Source: Bacteroidales bacterium (GTDB lineage Bacteria > Bacteroidota > Bacteroidia > Bacteroidales > JAFGXI01). Taken from it: a stretch of DNA of 41,842 nt. The stretch covers positions 1 through 41,842 of the forward strand of contig DAOVTE010000001.1 in the NCBI GenBank assembly GCA_030627705.1. Reading direction: 5' to 3'. Numbering within the stretch: the stretch's first letter is position 1; each line of letters begins with the position of its first letter. Positions 28,530-36,957 of the stretch are shown piece by piece. The notes below the pieces were generated by a model. That model saw nothing but the letters and a program-made list of their open reading frames with translations, ran no database searches and had not been told where the DNA came from. A program made the position numbers and the translations under genes.

Positions 28530-29966
28530 TTATTTAACATTTGATTTTATCCACGTAGTGATTTTCTCTAAAACTTCTGGTGATATTGTTTCTTCTATGT
28601 CTTTGTATTGTTGAGGCAAACCTGTTTCTGAATGTTGTAATAAATGGTTTAATCCATCTAGTTTTACAATCTCAAAGTTATTATTTCCTGCTTTTTCTAG
28701 ACTTTGTTTTATGCCGTTTAAGTTTTCTTCTGCATTAACTTGTAAATCGGTAGTTCCATTAATCGCTAAAACTGGCTTCTTAATTTTAGATAAATGCTCG
28801 TCAGGTTTAATACAAATATAGTATCTAAACCAAGCGCTTTGTGCTTGTTTAATTAATGAATTAACATAGCCTTTGTCTAAACCAAGTTTTTGTTTTTCTT
28901 CATCAGAGAGGTTAGAAGAGTATTTATCAAAAACCCGGTGCATTTGCTTGTTTGCATTAAGTACATTATGTTCGTTTTGCACAATCTGATACAATTCAGT
29001 ATTTATTCGTTGGTTTCTATTAATTATCGATGTATCAATACCATTTGCATTAGAAACATCAAGGGTTTGTCTTAAAAGAGATTTGTCTGTATTAATTCCT
29101 GGTGATGCAAGCAGAACAATAAAAGCAATATCTTTATTATTAGCAGCATTCATCATAGCTACAAGGCCTCCTTCGCTGTGACCAATAAGCCCAATTTGTT
29201 TTTTGTCGATATTTTTTTGAGATTTTAGAAACTCGAAAGCTGCGGCAGCATCGTTAGCAAAGCCTTTAGTTGTTGTGTGTTCGTAAACTCCGGTAGATTC
29301 CCCGTAACCTCTATCATCGTATCTTAATACGGCAATTCCATTTTTGGTAAGATAATCTGCTATTACAGCGAATGGTTTGTGTAAATAAAGCTCAGAATCA
29401 CGATTCTGAGGTCCAGAACCAGATATTAGTACTACAGCAGGAAATTTTCCTTCGCCTTTCGGATATGTTAGAGTTGCTGCAAGTTTTGCTTTATCTGTTT
29501 CGTTTACAAAGCTTACAATCTTCTTTTCGTAATTGAATGGAGGCTTAGGCGTTTGAGGTCTTTTAAAATCTTTAATTTTATAATTAATGTCGTTTTGTAG
29601 AATTAACTTAGACCTAAATCTTCCTTGTTTATATTTACCTACTATCACCGACCTATTTACAAATCCTTTAAATTTCATATTTAAATCGAAATTTTTAAGC
29701 TCTATTGTATCATTGTAGATATAAATTCTTTGAACTTCGATATTATATGCGAATTGTTCAGGAATATCAATAAGTCCCATCAATGTTGTATCATCAATCA
29801 TCGTAAGCTTATAGATTAACTCTAGTTTATTTCCATTAACATCTAGTTCTCCTCTCCAATTGCCTACAAATTTTTTTATTTCTTGCGAATTTGCAGTTAA
29901 TGAGATTATTAAAATAGTTAATATTAATATTGCTTTTTTCATTTTAATATATTTTAAGTAATACAC
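28530..29966 (-). CDS. Secreted alpha/beta hydrolase (S9/dienelactone-hydrolase-like)
   Basis: 478 aa. Signal peptide, nucleophile elbow GHSEGG, and late GTTD and NHLL motifs consistent with an Asp/His triad. Confidence 0.75.
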   Translation of the reverse strand: MYYLKYIKMKKAILILTILIISLTANSQEIKKFVGNWRGELDVNGNKLELIYKLTMIDDTTLMGLIDIPEQFAYNIEVQRIYIYNDTIELKNFDLNMKFKGFVNRSVIVGKYKQGRFRSKLILQNDINYKIKDFKRPQTPKPPFNYEKKIVSFVNETDKAKLAATLTYPKGEGKFPAVVLISGSGPQNRDSELYLHKPFAVIADYLTKNGIAVLRYDDRGYGESTGVYEHTTTKGFANDAAAAFEFLKSQKNIDKKQIGLIGHSEGGLVAMMNAANNKDIAFIVLLASPGINTDKSLLRQTLDVSNANGIDTSIINRNQRINTELYQIVQNEHNVLNANKQMHRVFDKYSSNLSDEEKQKLGLDKGYVNSLIKQAQSAWFRYYICIKPDEHLSKIKKPVLAINGTTDLQVNAEENLNGIKQSLEKAGNNNFEIVKLDGLNHLLQHSETGLPQQYKDIEETISPEVLEKITTWIKSNVK

Positions 29967-29992
29967 AAAAGTATTAATTTATGTGTTTAATT

Positions 29993-30664
29993 TTATGTAG
30001 AAATGTTTATGTTTTCTATTTGCTTAACAAAACACTCAAATCCAACATTACTTTTTGAATATCTAGTTATTGTACTTTTGTTTTTAAATTCCTTTGCTAA
30101 TTTTTTATAAGTAGTTCTGCTTTGATAGTTATTTTTAGTTTTAGGGTTAACGATATTCATATTTTGTTTAGATAAATTTCTATTTAAGCGTTCTAAACAA
30201 TTATTGCTTTGCGTATTTTTATAATTTGAGTCAACTATTCTAACTAGCCAACATTCCATAGTTTGAACTCCTATTGCAAATAATATTTTGTTTGAATATT
30301 CTTCTAAAATTTCAACAGGAATAAATGACTGAAGTTTATTAATTACATTCTCACACAATTGTTTGTTGGAAATCTGTTTGCCTTCTGAAAGATGAGGAAC
30401 ATCAAATCCTTTTTCTTGCGAAATATCAGAATCTATCTGGATTACAACAAAATCATTATAATCGAATAAGTCGGGTAAATTATTTTTTTTAAGTTCGGTT
30501 ATTACATTAGTCCAACTTCCAAAATCTGTTTGTTTATCGGTTTCATCAACAGGGGGTTGTATAGGTCTGAATCCAAAATCTATATTCTTAAAATAATTTT
30601 CAATTATAGGTTTAATAATAAATTGGTCGGTAACTCCTTCGGTAATTAATGCAATTTTTATCAT
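29993..30664 (-). CDS. Small Toprim-like protein, putative nuclease effector partner of the upstream ATPase
   Basis: 223 aa. N-terminal beta-strand followed by a Glu (ALITEGVTD, E9). A DxD motif at VVIQIDSDIS (D78/D80). A later acidic motif at GVQTMECWL (E137). The ATG lies 2 nt after the ATPase TAG. Confidence 0.55.
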   Translation of the reverse strand: MIKIALITEGVTDQFIIKPIIENYFKNIDFGFRPIQPPVDETDKQTDFGSWTNVITELKKNNLPDLFDYNDFVVIQIDSDISQEKGFDVPHLSEGKQISNKQLCENVINKLQSFIPVEILEEYSNKILFAIGVQTMECWLVRIVDSNYKNTQSNNCLERLNRNLSKQNMNIVNPKTKNNYQSRTTYKKLAKEFKNKSTITRYSKSNVGFECFVKQIENINIST

Positions 30665-30666
30665 AT

Positions 30667-31884
30667 CTAAAAATTATCAGGTATTCCTCCAATGTAACCT
30701 CTTGTCCATAATTCAGATAGTTTAATATCAGACTTAGGTTTATTTTTAATTCTATCAATAATTGTTTTGCCATTTTTATTTCTTTGTGCAATAAAAAGGC
30801 GTTGATTATCATCATTTAAATTAATACCGTCTAAAATAGCCGGATTATGAGTTGTAATAATTACTTGCTTATTATATTTTTTTGCAAGTTTATTTAAGAC
30901 AACTATTAATTCTGTACAAAGTTTAGGATTAAAACCTGTTTCTATATTGTCGATAGCGAAAAAAGGTGGAGTTTTATCACTAGTAAACAAAACAAGATAA
31001 AATAGCAAATACAAGAAACCTTCGTTTGAACTACGTTGGTCGAAATAACTTAATTTTTCGCTAATAAAACGGTCTTTAATTGCAATTTTAAATTCGTTTG
31101 ACATTAAATTATCAGGAATATCAAAATCATCGAACCAATCTAATAAATGTAGGTTTTCTTTTATATCGTTTATTTGTTTTGTTTTTCTTTTATTGCTAAT
31201 TACATTTTTTAGAAGATTAAATAACCCTTCACCATTTACTCCAAGAGGAGTGATTTGAGCTTGTTCTTCGAACTTTTTTAAGAAAGATAATTCTGGTGTG
31301 TATATAAGAAATTCTGATATTTGTTTCGATGTAAAGTTTTCTTCAATTGTTTTTTTGCTAATAGTTTTAATAACATCACTGTTGTCAGATTCAGCAAGAA
31401 CTTTAGGGTTTTTAATTAGCAATTTAGAAAAGGCTTTAATAAACCTAAGCTCATCCGCTAGTTCTTCAGTTCTATCTAGGTCGTTTAATAATTCTTCATC
31501 ATTTGAAAATAATCTTCTATAAAACTCTATATATTCTACTTCTAATCTTTGTCTATTTAATTCAATCCATTTTCTGTAATCAGAATTGTCATTAATTAAT
31601 TCATAAAAGAAATCATTATCATTTTCGGTGAATTCTAGATTAATTTCGTTCTCTTTAGAATTAGGAAATGCATTTCTCATAAATTCAGGCGTGGTAATTC
31701 TCATTCTATTACCAAGAAATTCGTAATCTAGCTTATTTGCACTTGCTGCTGCACCCATTACAATAGCTTCTAGTATATTTGTTTTACCAGAACCATTTGC
31801 TCCAATTATAATATTTACTCTACCAAGTTCTAGAGATAAATTTTCTATAGATTTAAAATTATTAATCTTAACTTTTTGTATCAT
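30667..31884 (-). CDS. ABC/SMC-type (AAA_21/AAA_15-like) ATPase, OLD/AriA/AbiLi-like
   Basis: 405 aa. The N-terminus is KINNFKSIENLSLELGRVNIIIGANGSGKTNILEAI (Walker A). A ~250-aa helical insert follows. Then come the signature-like SSNEGF, Walker B FFAIDNIE, H-loop ITTHNP and a C-terminal LSELWTRGYIGGIP. Confidence 0.85.
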   Translation of the reverse strand: MIQKVKINNFKSIENLSLELGRVNIIIGANGSGKTNILEAIVMGAAASANKLDYEFLGNRMRITTPEFMRNAFPNSKENEINLEFTENDNDFFYELINDNSDYRKWIELNRQRLEVEYIEFYRRLFSNDEELLNDLDRTEELADELRFIKAFSKLLIKNPKVLAESDNSDVIKTISKKTIEENFTSKQISEFLIYTPELSFLKKFEEQAQITPLGVNGEGLFNLLKNVISNKRKTKQINDIKENLHLLDWFDDFDIPDNLMSNEFKIAIKDRFISEKLSYFDQRSSNEGFLYLLFYLVLFTSDKTPPFFAIDNIETGFNPKLCTELIVVLNKLAKKYNKQVIITTHNPAILDGINLNDDNQRLFIAQRNKNGKTIIDRIKNKPKSDIKLSELWTRGYIGGIPDNF

Positions 31885-31911
31885 TATATTATGATATTTT
31901 TCGTGTTTTTA

Positions 31912-31919
31912 CAAAGGTA
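31912..31919 (-). promoter_or_regulatory. TAnnTTTG -7 motif candidate dedicated to the ATPase/Toprim module
   Basis: The minus strand reads TACCTTTG, with 27 nt between the motif and the ATG at 31884. It lies in the 45-bp gap after the YfcC stop. Confidence 0.35.
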
Positions 31920-31929
31920 ATAAAATATA

Positions 31930-33522
31930 CTAAAACCCATTTAGTTTCATAGTAACCGTCGGGAAAAGTAAAAGTAAACCTGTAATAATTAGAATTATCA
32001 TTAAAGGAGTAATCCATTTTACCCATTTTTCGTAAGGAATTTTTGCAACTCCAAGCACAGCAATTAATACTCCAGAAGTTGGTGTAATCATATTTGTAAA
32101 GCCATCACCAAATTGGAACGCCATTACGGTTGCTTGTCGTGATATTCCAATTAAATCGGAAAAAGGAGCCATAATTGGCATTGTAAGTGCTGCTTTTGCC
32201 GAGCCAGAAGGAATAATAATATTAATTACGGTTTGGATAGCATACATAATACTTACAGAGGCTATTTTACCCATCTCGTCCATAGATTGTGATAGGTAAT
32301 AAAGTATAGAGTCTATAATTTTTCCATCTTGTAGGATAATTATTATTCCGCCTGCTAAACCAACAACAATTGCAGCAGAAAGAATGTCTTTTACTCCGTC
32401 TAAGAATAGTTTTACAATTTTATCTGGGTTGTAATTCATAGCAATACCTGATAATAAACCCATTGCAAAAAATAAGGTTGCAATTTCCATTATGTACCAT
32501 TTATAGCCCATTACGCCAACTATTAAGAAAACGATTGTGTTAAATAATAGTGTGAGAATAAAATAATGCACAGATTTTCGCAAAGTTAGTGCACCCATAA
32601 TTGCATAAATTACTGTAAGAATTGGAATAATTGGTAATGTTTTAGAGCTATTGCTAATTTCTAAAGTTGTTTCTCTGTAGAAATAAGAGAAAATTATCAT
32701 CGCTGCAAGAAGAAGAGCATAAGTAATTATTGCTGATATTGGCGTAAAATATTTTAAACTTTCTACCTCGCTAGTACTGTTTTTTTTCCTCCAATATTCA
32801 TCTTCTTTATAAACTATTGATTTTTCAGGATTTCGTTTTACTTTTCTTGCGTAACGTAAAACATAAAAAATTCCAATAAAATTAATTACTACCCACGAAA
32901 ACATTCTGTATTCTATTCCTGAGAAAAGAGGAATGCCCGATAATCCTTGAGCAATTCCAATTGTAAATGGATTAAGAACTGCACCTGCAAAACCTAGTCC
33001 TGCTGCTACGAAGGTTAACGAAACTCCAACTATACTATCGTAACCCATAGAAATTGCAAGTGGAACGATAATGATAATAAATGCGATTGTTTCTTCGCTC
33101 ATTCCGAAAACAGCTCCAAATACTGAGAAAATTAGCATTATCAAAGTGAGAATAATATTATCTATTCCAATTGTCCGGAAAAGGGAAATACGTTCAATTT
33201 TTTTTGTAAGCCGAAGAAATGAAAATATTCCAACGTTAATTGCTTCACTAGCATTCATTATCCAGAAAGCTCCACCAATAATTAGAATAAAAGCAATTAT
33301 TCCTGCTTGTTTTTCGAAGCCTTTAAAAAGTGCAGAAAAGACCTCCCAAGTTTGAAATTTGCTATCTATTTTATGATATGTCATCGTGTAAGTTTCTACA
33401 CCTTGCTCGTTTACAATTATTTTTTTTACGTATTCGCCTCCTGGAATTATCCAAGTTGCAAGGGCAGAGAAAATGATAATATAAAAAATAATAACATATG
33501 TATGCGGGACTTTTTTTAGCAT
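31930..33522 (-). CDS. YfcC/DcuC-family (C4-dicarboxylate anaerobic carrier-like) membrane transporter
   Basis: 530 aa, polytopic. N-terminus KVPHTYVIIFYIIIFSALATWIIPGGEY is typical of the YfcC family. Confidence 0.75.
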   Translation of the reverse strand: MLKKVPHTYVIIFYIIIFSALATWIIPGGEYVKKIIVNEQGVETYTMTYHKIDSKFQTWEVFSALFKGFEKQAGIIAFILIIGGAFWIMNASEAINVGIFSFLRLTKKIERISLFRTIGIDNIILTLIMLIFSVFGAVFGMSEETIAFIIIIVPLAISMGYDSIVGVSLTFVAAGLGFAGAVLNPFTIGIAQGLSGIPLFSGIEYRMFSWVVINFIGIFYVLRYARKVKRNPEKSIVYKEDEYWRKKNSTSEVESLKYFTPISAIITYALLLAAMIIFSYFYRETTLEISNSSKTLPIIPILTVIYAIMGALTLRKSVHYFILTLLFNTIVFLIVGVMGYKWYIMEIATLFFAMGLLSGIAMNYNPDKIVKLFLDGVKDILSAAIVVGLAGGIIIILQDGKIIDSILYYLSQSMDEMGKIASVSIMYAIQTVINIIIPSGSAKAALTMPIMAPFSDLIGISRQATVMAFQFGDGFTNMITPTSGVLIAVLGVAKIPYEKWVKWITPLMIILIITGLLLLFPTVTMKLNGF

Positions 33523-33603
33523 AAATTTTATATCAAATATTAATATTTAGTTTGATGTAAAACTATTAAATATTATTTTTATGATTGAATTTTTATTTGA
33601 TTT

Positions 33604-35307
33604 ATGAAAAAAATATTTCTGTTTGCGTATTTATTCCTTTTGTCTCAGATGGTTATGTCTAATAATTATTTGGAGTTGCGATTAAAATCAGCAAATAAAA
33701 ATGATAAAATTCTGATATTAGAGCAGTTGATAGATAAAACTATAAATAATAACAAACCAAAATGTATCGAATATGGATTGGAATTAGAAAAATTATTAAG
33801 AAAATCTGATGATGATAGAATGAAGTCGAAGGTATATTATACACTAGCTACTTTATATTATTGGGATAAAAAATACAAGAAATCAATAAAATATTTTGAA
33901 AAGGAAATAGAAATTAGAAAAAAGACGGGTAACAAAAATGAGATAGCAAAGGCTTATTATAATTTGGGAACTACTTGTTATAAGTCTTCAAATTTTAGAA
34001 AAGCAGTTGGGTTTTACGAAAAAAGCTTAAGCTTGTCAGAAGAAGTTAATAATACACTGCTAAAAGCATCTAGTGAAAAGGCACTTGCTCAAACATATAG
34101 TCAATTAGGTAGAGGAATAAAAGCAAATAAGATGTTTAATGAATATATAAAGACATCTGGAGAAAAGACTGTTGATGAGATTTTTGCATATAGAGAAATG
34201 TACTCTAAAGAAAAAAGGTTAAAGGAAGAGACAGTGGTAGAACTGGAGGAAACCCAAGAAAATCTTGAGATATCTGAGATAAAAAGAAAGAACTTATTTA
34301 TTGACTCGGTAAAAACTGATAGAGAATTAAAGATAATAAGTATAGAAAATGAATTGTCAGAGATTAAGACCAAACGAAAAGAAGCTGAGCTTGAAAAGCA
34401 AAAAGCTATAACTTACTTTATTATCATTGGACTTTTTATAGTTTTATTTTTTTCGGGCTTGGTATTAAGGTTATTTTTTGACAAGAAAAAAGTTAATAAT
34501 AAATTATTAATTCAAAAAAGCAAAATTGAAGAACAGAATACGGAAATTAGAGATAGTTTAAGGTATGCAAGTAAAATACAGGTTGCTATACAGCCTACAA
34601 ATGAGTTATTAGAAAATACCTTTGAAGAACATTTTGTTTTCTACAAACCAAAAGATATTGTAAGTGGCGATTTTTATTTTGTTCAAAAAGTAAATGACTA
34701 TATCTTATTTACAGCAGCAGACTCGACAGGGCATGGAGTACCAGGCGCATTTGTAAGCATGCTAGGTATATCATTATTAAACCAGATAATAAGAGACAAT
34801 AAGATATTTTCTGCAAATAAAGTATTAAATAATCTAAGGGATGGCGTGAAATTATCACTAAATCAATCAGGAAAAAGAAATGAGCAAAAAGATGGAATTG
34901 ATATGGCTTTATGTGCATTGAATAAAAAAACAAAAGTTTTGCAATTTGCGGGTGCATATAACCCTTTAATAATTGTTCGTAATGGTGCACTTGTAGAATA
35001 TAAGGGAGATAGAATGCCTATAGGTATTCATTATAAGGAAAAAGCATCATTTACAAATCATGAGATTCAATTGCAAAATGGGGATCAATTATATTTATAT
35101 TCTGATGGCTTTCCGGATCAAATAGGAGGCGAAAAAAGTCGTAAGTATATGAGTAAAAAATTCAAGCAATTGCTTTTAAGAATAAGCGATGAACCTATGA
35201 ATGAACAAAAGAAATTGCTAGAGAGTACATTTAGAAACTGGAGAGGTGATCTGTCTCAAGTTGATGATGTTGTTGTATTAGGTGTAAAGATAGAAGATGA
35301 GAAATAA
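33604..35307 (+). CDS. TPR - coiled coil - TM - PP2C/SpoIIE family serine phosphatase
   Basis: 567 aa. Signal peptide and TPR repeats, one TM helix (ITYFIIIGLFIVLFFSGLVL), then a C-terminal SpoIIE domain (SGDFYF, ADSTGHGVPGA, DGIDM, YSDGFPDQ, DDVVVLG). Confidence 0.85.
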   Translation: MKKIFLFAYLFLLSQMVMSNNYLELRLKSANKNDKILILEQLIDKTINNNKPKCIEYGLELEKLLRKSDDDRMKSKVYYTLATLYYWDKKYKKSIKYFEKEIEIRKKTGNKNEIAKAYYNLGTTCYKSSNFRKAVGFYEKSLSLSEEVNNTLLKASSEKALAQTYSQLGRGIKANKMFNEYIKTSGEKTVDEIFAYREMYSKEKRLKEETVVELEETQENLEISEIKRKNLFIDSVKTDRELKIISIENELSEIKTKRKEAELEKQKAITYFIIIGLFIVLFFSGLVLRLFFDKKKVNNKLLIQKSKIEEQNTEIRDSLRYASKIQVAIQPTNELLENTFEEHFVFYKPKDIVSGDFYFVQKVNDYILFTAADSTGHGVPGAFVSMLGISLLNQIIRDNKIFSANKVLNNLRDGVKLSLNQSGKRNEQKDGIDMALCALNKKTKVLQFAGAYNPLIIVRNGALVEYKGDRMPIGIHYKEKASFTNHEIQLQNGDQLYLYSDGFPDQIGGEKSRKYMSKKFKQLLLRISDEPMNEQKKLLESTFRNWRGDLSQVDDVVVLGVKIEDEK

Positions 35308-36610
35308 AGTTTCTTTCGAACTTAAATCCCTTAAATTATTTAAGCAAAAGTTTCTTGTTTGGACAAAAAGGCATAACCCTGTAATAATATTAGACAGCAA
35401 TAATTATTACCCTGAAAATAGTACCCCTTTCTCATATAATACTTACGATTTTATTTCTGGAGTAGGATTGCACACAAAATTTTCTTTGTCGGATTTTGAG
35501 AAATTAAAAACCTATAAAGAAATTACAAATGATTGGATTTTTGGATATTTCTCATATGATTTAAAAAACAGTTTAGAAAACTTAGAGTCAAAAAACATTG
35601 ATAATGTTAAGTTTCCTGAGCTTTATTTTTTTCAGCCAAAGATAGTGTTAATATTAAAAGAAAATAATTTAGATATTTATTATTTAGATGAATATTCTAA
35701 GGATGATATTAGCGAATTGTTTAACCAAATATTAGAAACTGAAATAAGTTATTACCAAGATGATGTAAAGAAAATAAAGGCAAGATTTACTAAATCTGAA
35801 TATTTCGAAGCATTTAAAAATTTAAAAAATCATATAAAAAAAGGAGATATCTACGAACTGAATTTTTGTCAAGAGTTTTATTGCGACAATGCAGAAATAG
35901 AGGCAGAGATAGCTTATGCAGATTTAATAAATATCTCGCCAACACCTTTTTCAGCATTTATGCGATTAGATAATAATTATTTAATTTCGGCAAGTCCAGA
36001 GAGATTTATTAAGAAAGAAGCCCTTAAAATAATATCACAACCAATAAAAGGCACAAAGAAAAAATCTGCAATAGAAAGCGAAAATGTTAAAATAAAACAA
36101 GAGCTTTTAAACGACGAAAAAGAAAAAGCAGAGAATGTAATGATTGTTGATTTGGTAAGAAACGATTTATCAAAAACAGCAAAAAAAGCTAGTGTAAAAG
36201 TAGAAGAGTTGTTTGGAATTTATACATTTAAGCAAGTACATCAAATGATATCTACTGTGGTTTCTGAAGTGCCTAGCAACACAGATTCTATAGATATTAT
36301 AAAAAATGCTTTTCCAATGGGTTCGATGACAGGTGCACCTAAAATTAGAGCGATGCAGTTAATAGAGCAATACGAAAAAACTAAACGAGGATTGTACTCA
36401 GGAGCAGTTGGATATTTCTCACCAAAAGATGATTTTGACTTTAATGTAGTAATACGAAGCATTTTGTATAATTCAGAAAACAAATATTTATCGTTTATTG
36501 TTGGTGGTGCAATTACTGATAAGGCTGATGCTGAAAGCGAATATGCAGAGTGCTTGTTAAAAGCAGAAGCTATGGCTAAGGTTTTAGGTGTTGATGTTTT
36601 TGGATTTTAA
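35297..36610 (+). CDS. pabB: Aminodeoxychorismate synthase component I (chorismate-binding enzyme family)
   Basis: 437 aa. Carries SPERF, ENVMIVDLVRND, PMGSMTGAPK and RGLYSGAVGY motifs. Overlaps the phosphatase gene by 11 nt. Confidence 0.8.
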   Translation: MRNKVSFELKSLKLFKQKFLVWTKRHNPVIILDSNNYYPENSTPFSYNTYDFISGVGLHTKFSLSDFEKLKTYKEITNDWIFGYFSYDLKNSLENLESKNIDNVKFPELYFFQPKIVLILKENNLDIYYLDEYSKDDISELFNQILETEISYYQDDVKKIKARFTKSEYFEAFKNLKNHIKKGDIYELNFCQEFYCDNAEIEAEIAYADLINISPTPFSAFMRLDNNYLISASPERFIKKEALKIISQPIKGTKKKSAIESENVKIKQELLNDEKEKAENVMIVDLVRNDLSKTAKKASVKVEELFGIYTFKQVHQMISTVVSEVPSNTDSIDIIKNAFPMGSMTGAPKIRAMQLIEQYEKTKRGLYSGAVGYFSPKDDFDFNVVIRSILYNSENKYLSFIVGGAITDKADAESEYAECLLKAEAMAKVLGVDVFGF

Positions 36611-36649
36611 CAAAAATAGATATTATAGATAACTATTCTTCAATTATTT

Positions 36650-36890
36650 ATTTGACTGAAAACTCGGTCAAAGTGACCATCTAAATCCAGATTAAACTGA
36701 CAAGGTATATTGGCAGAAACTGATCACTACAAGAGCCACCATCCCAACATATTCAACATATCCGAATTTAATTGAAAGTAGAAATATTAAATCATTTTCA
36801 GATTTGAAAAGGAAATTAAACAAGGCTGTTAAACATTACAATGAAAGAAGATAGCAAGTTCTTAAATATATGGATTATCACTGGTAAGTT
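36650..36890 (+). pseudogene. Degraded C-terminal remnant of an rve/DDE (IS3-like) transposase
   Basis: One frame reads ..GQSDHLNPD*TDKVYWQKLITTRATIPTYSTYPNLIESRNIKSFSDLKRKLNKAVKHYNERR*QVLKYMDYHW*. This resembles the IS3 OrfB tail (SDxGs.., yDNa.iESf..lK.e, ...YN.eR.h..L.y.sP) but is interrupted by stops. No intact ORF remains. Confidence 0.45.
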
Positions 36891-36957
36891 GTGAACCTTT
36901 TTTATTAAGTTTGGGCACTCAAGAAAGCTACAAGGATATTATAGAGTTAACAAGCGA

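Noticed and set aside
30612-30815. 67-aa ORF spanning the ATPase/Toprim junction, considered as a possible third component of the module
   Set aside because: It is out of frame and fully overlaps the 3' end of the ATPase gene and the 5' end of the Toprim-like gene on the same strand. It has no independent start context or recognisable motif.
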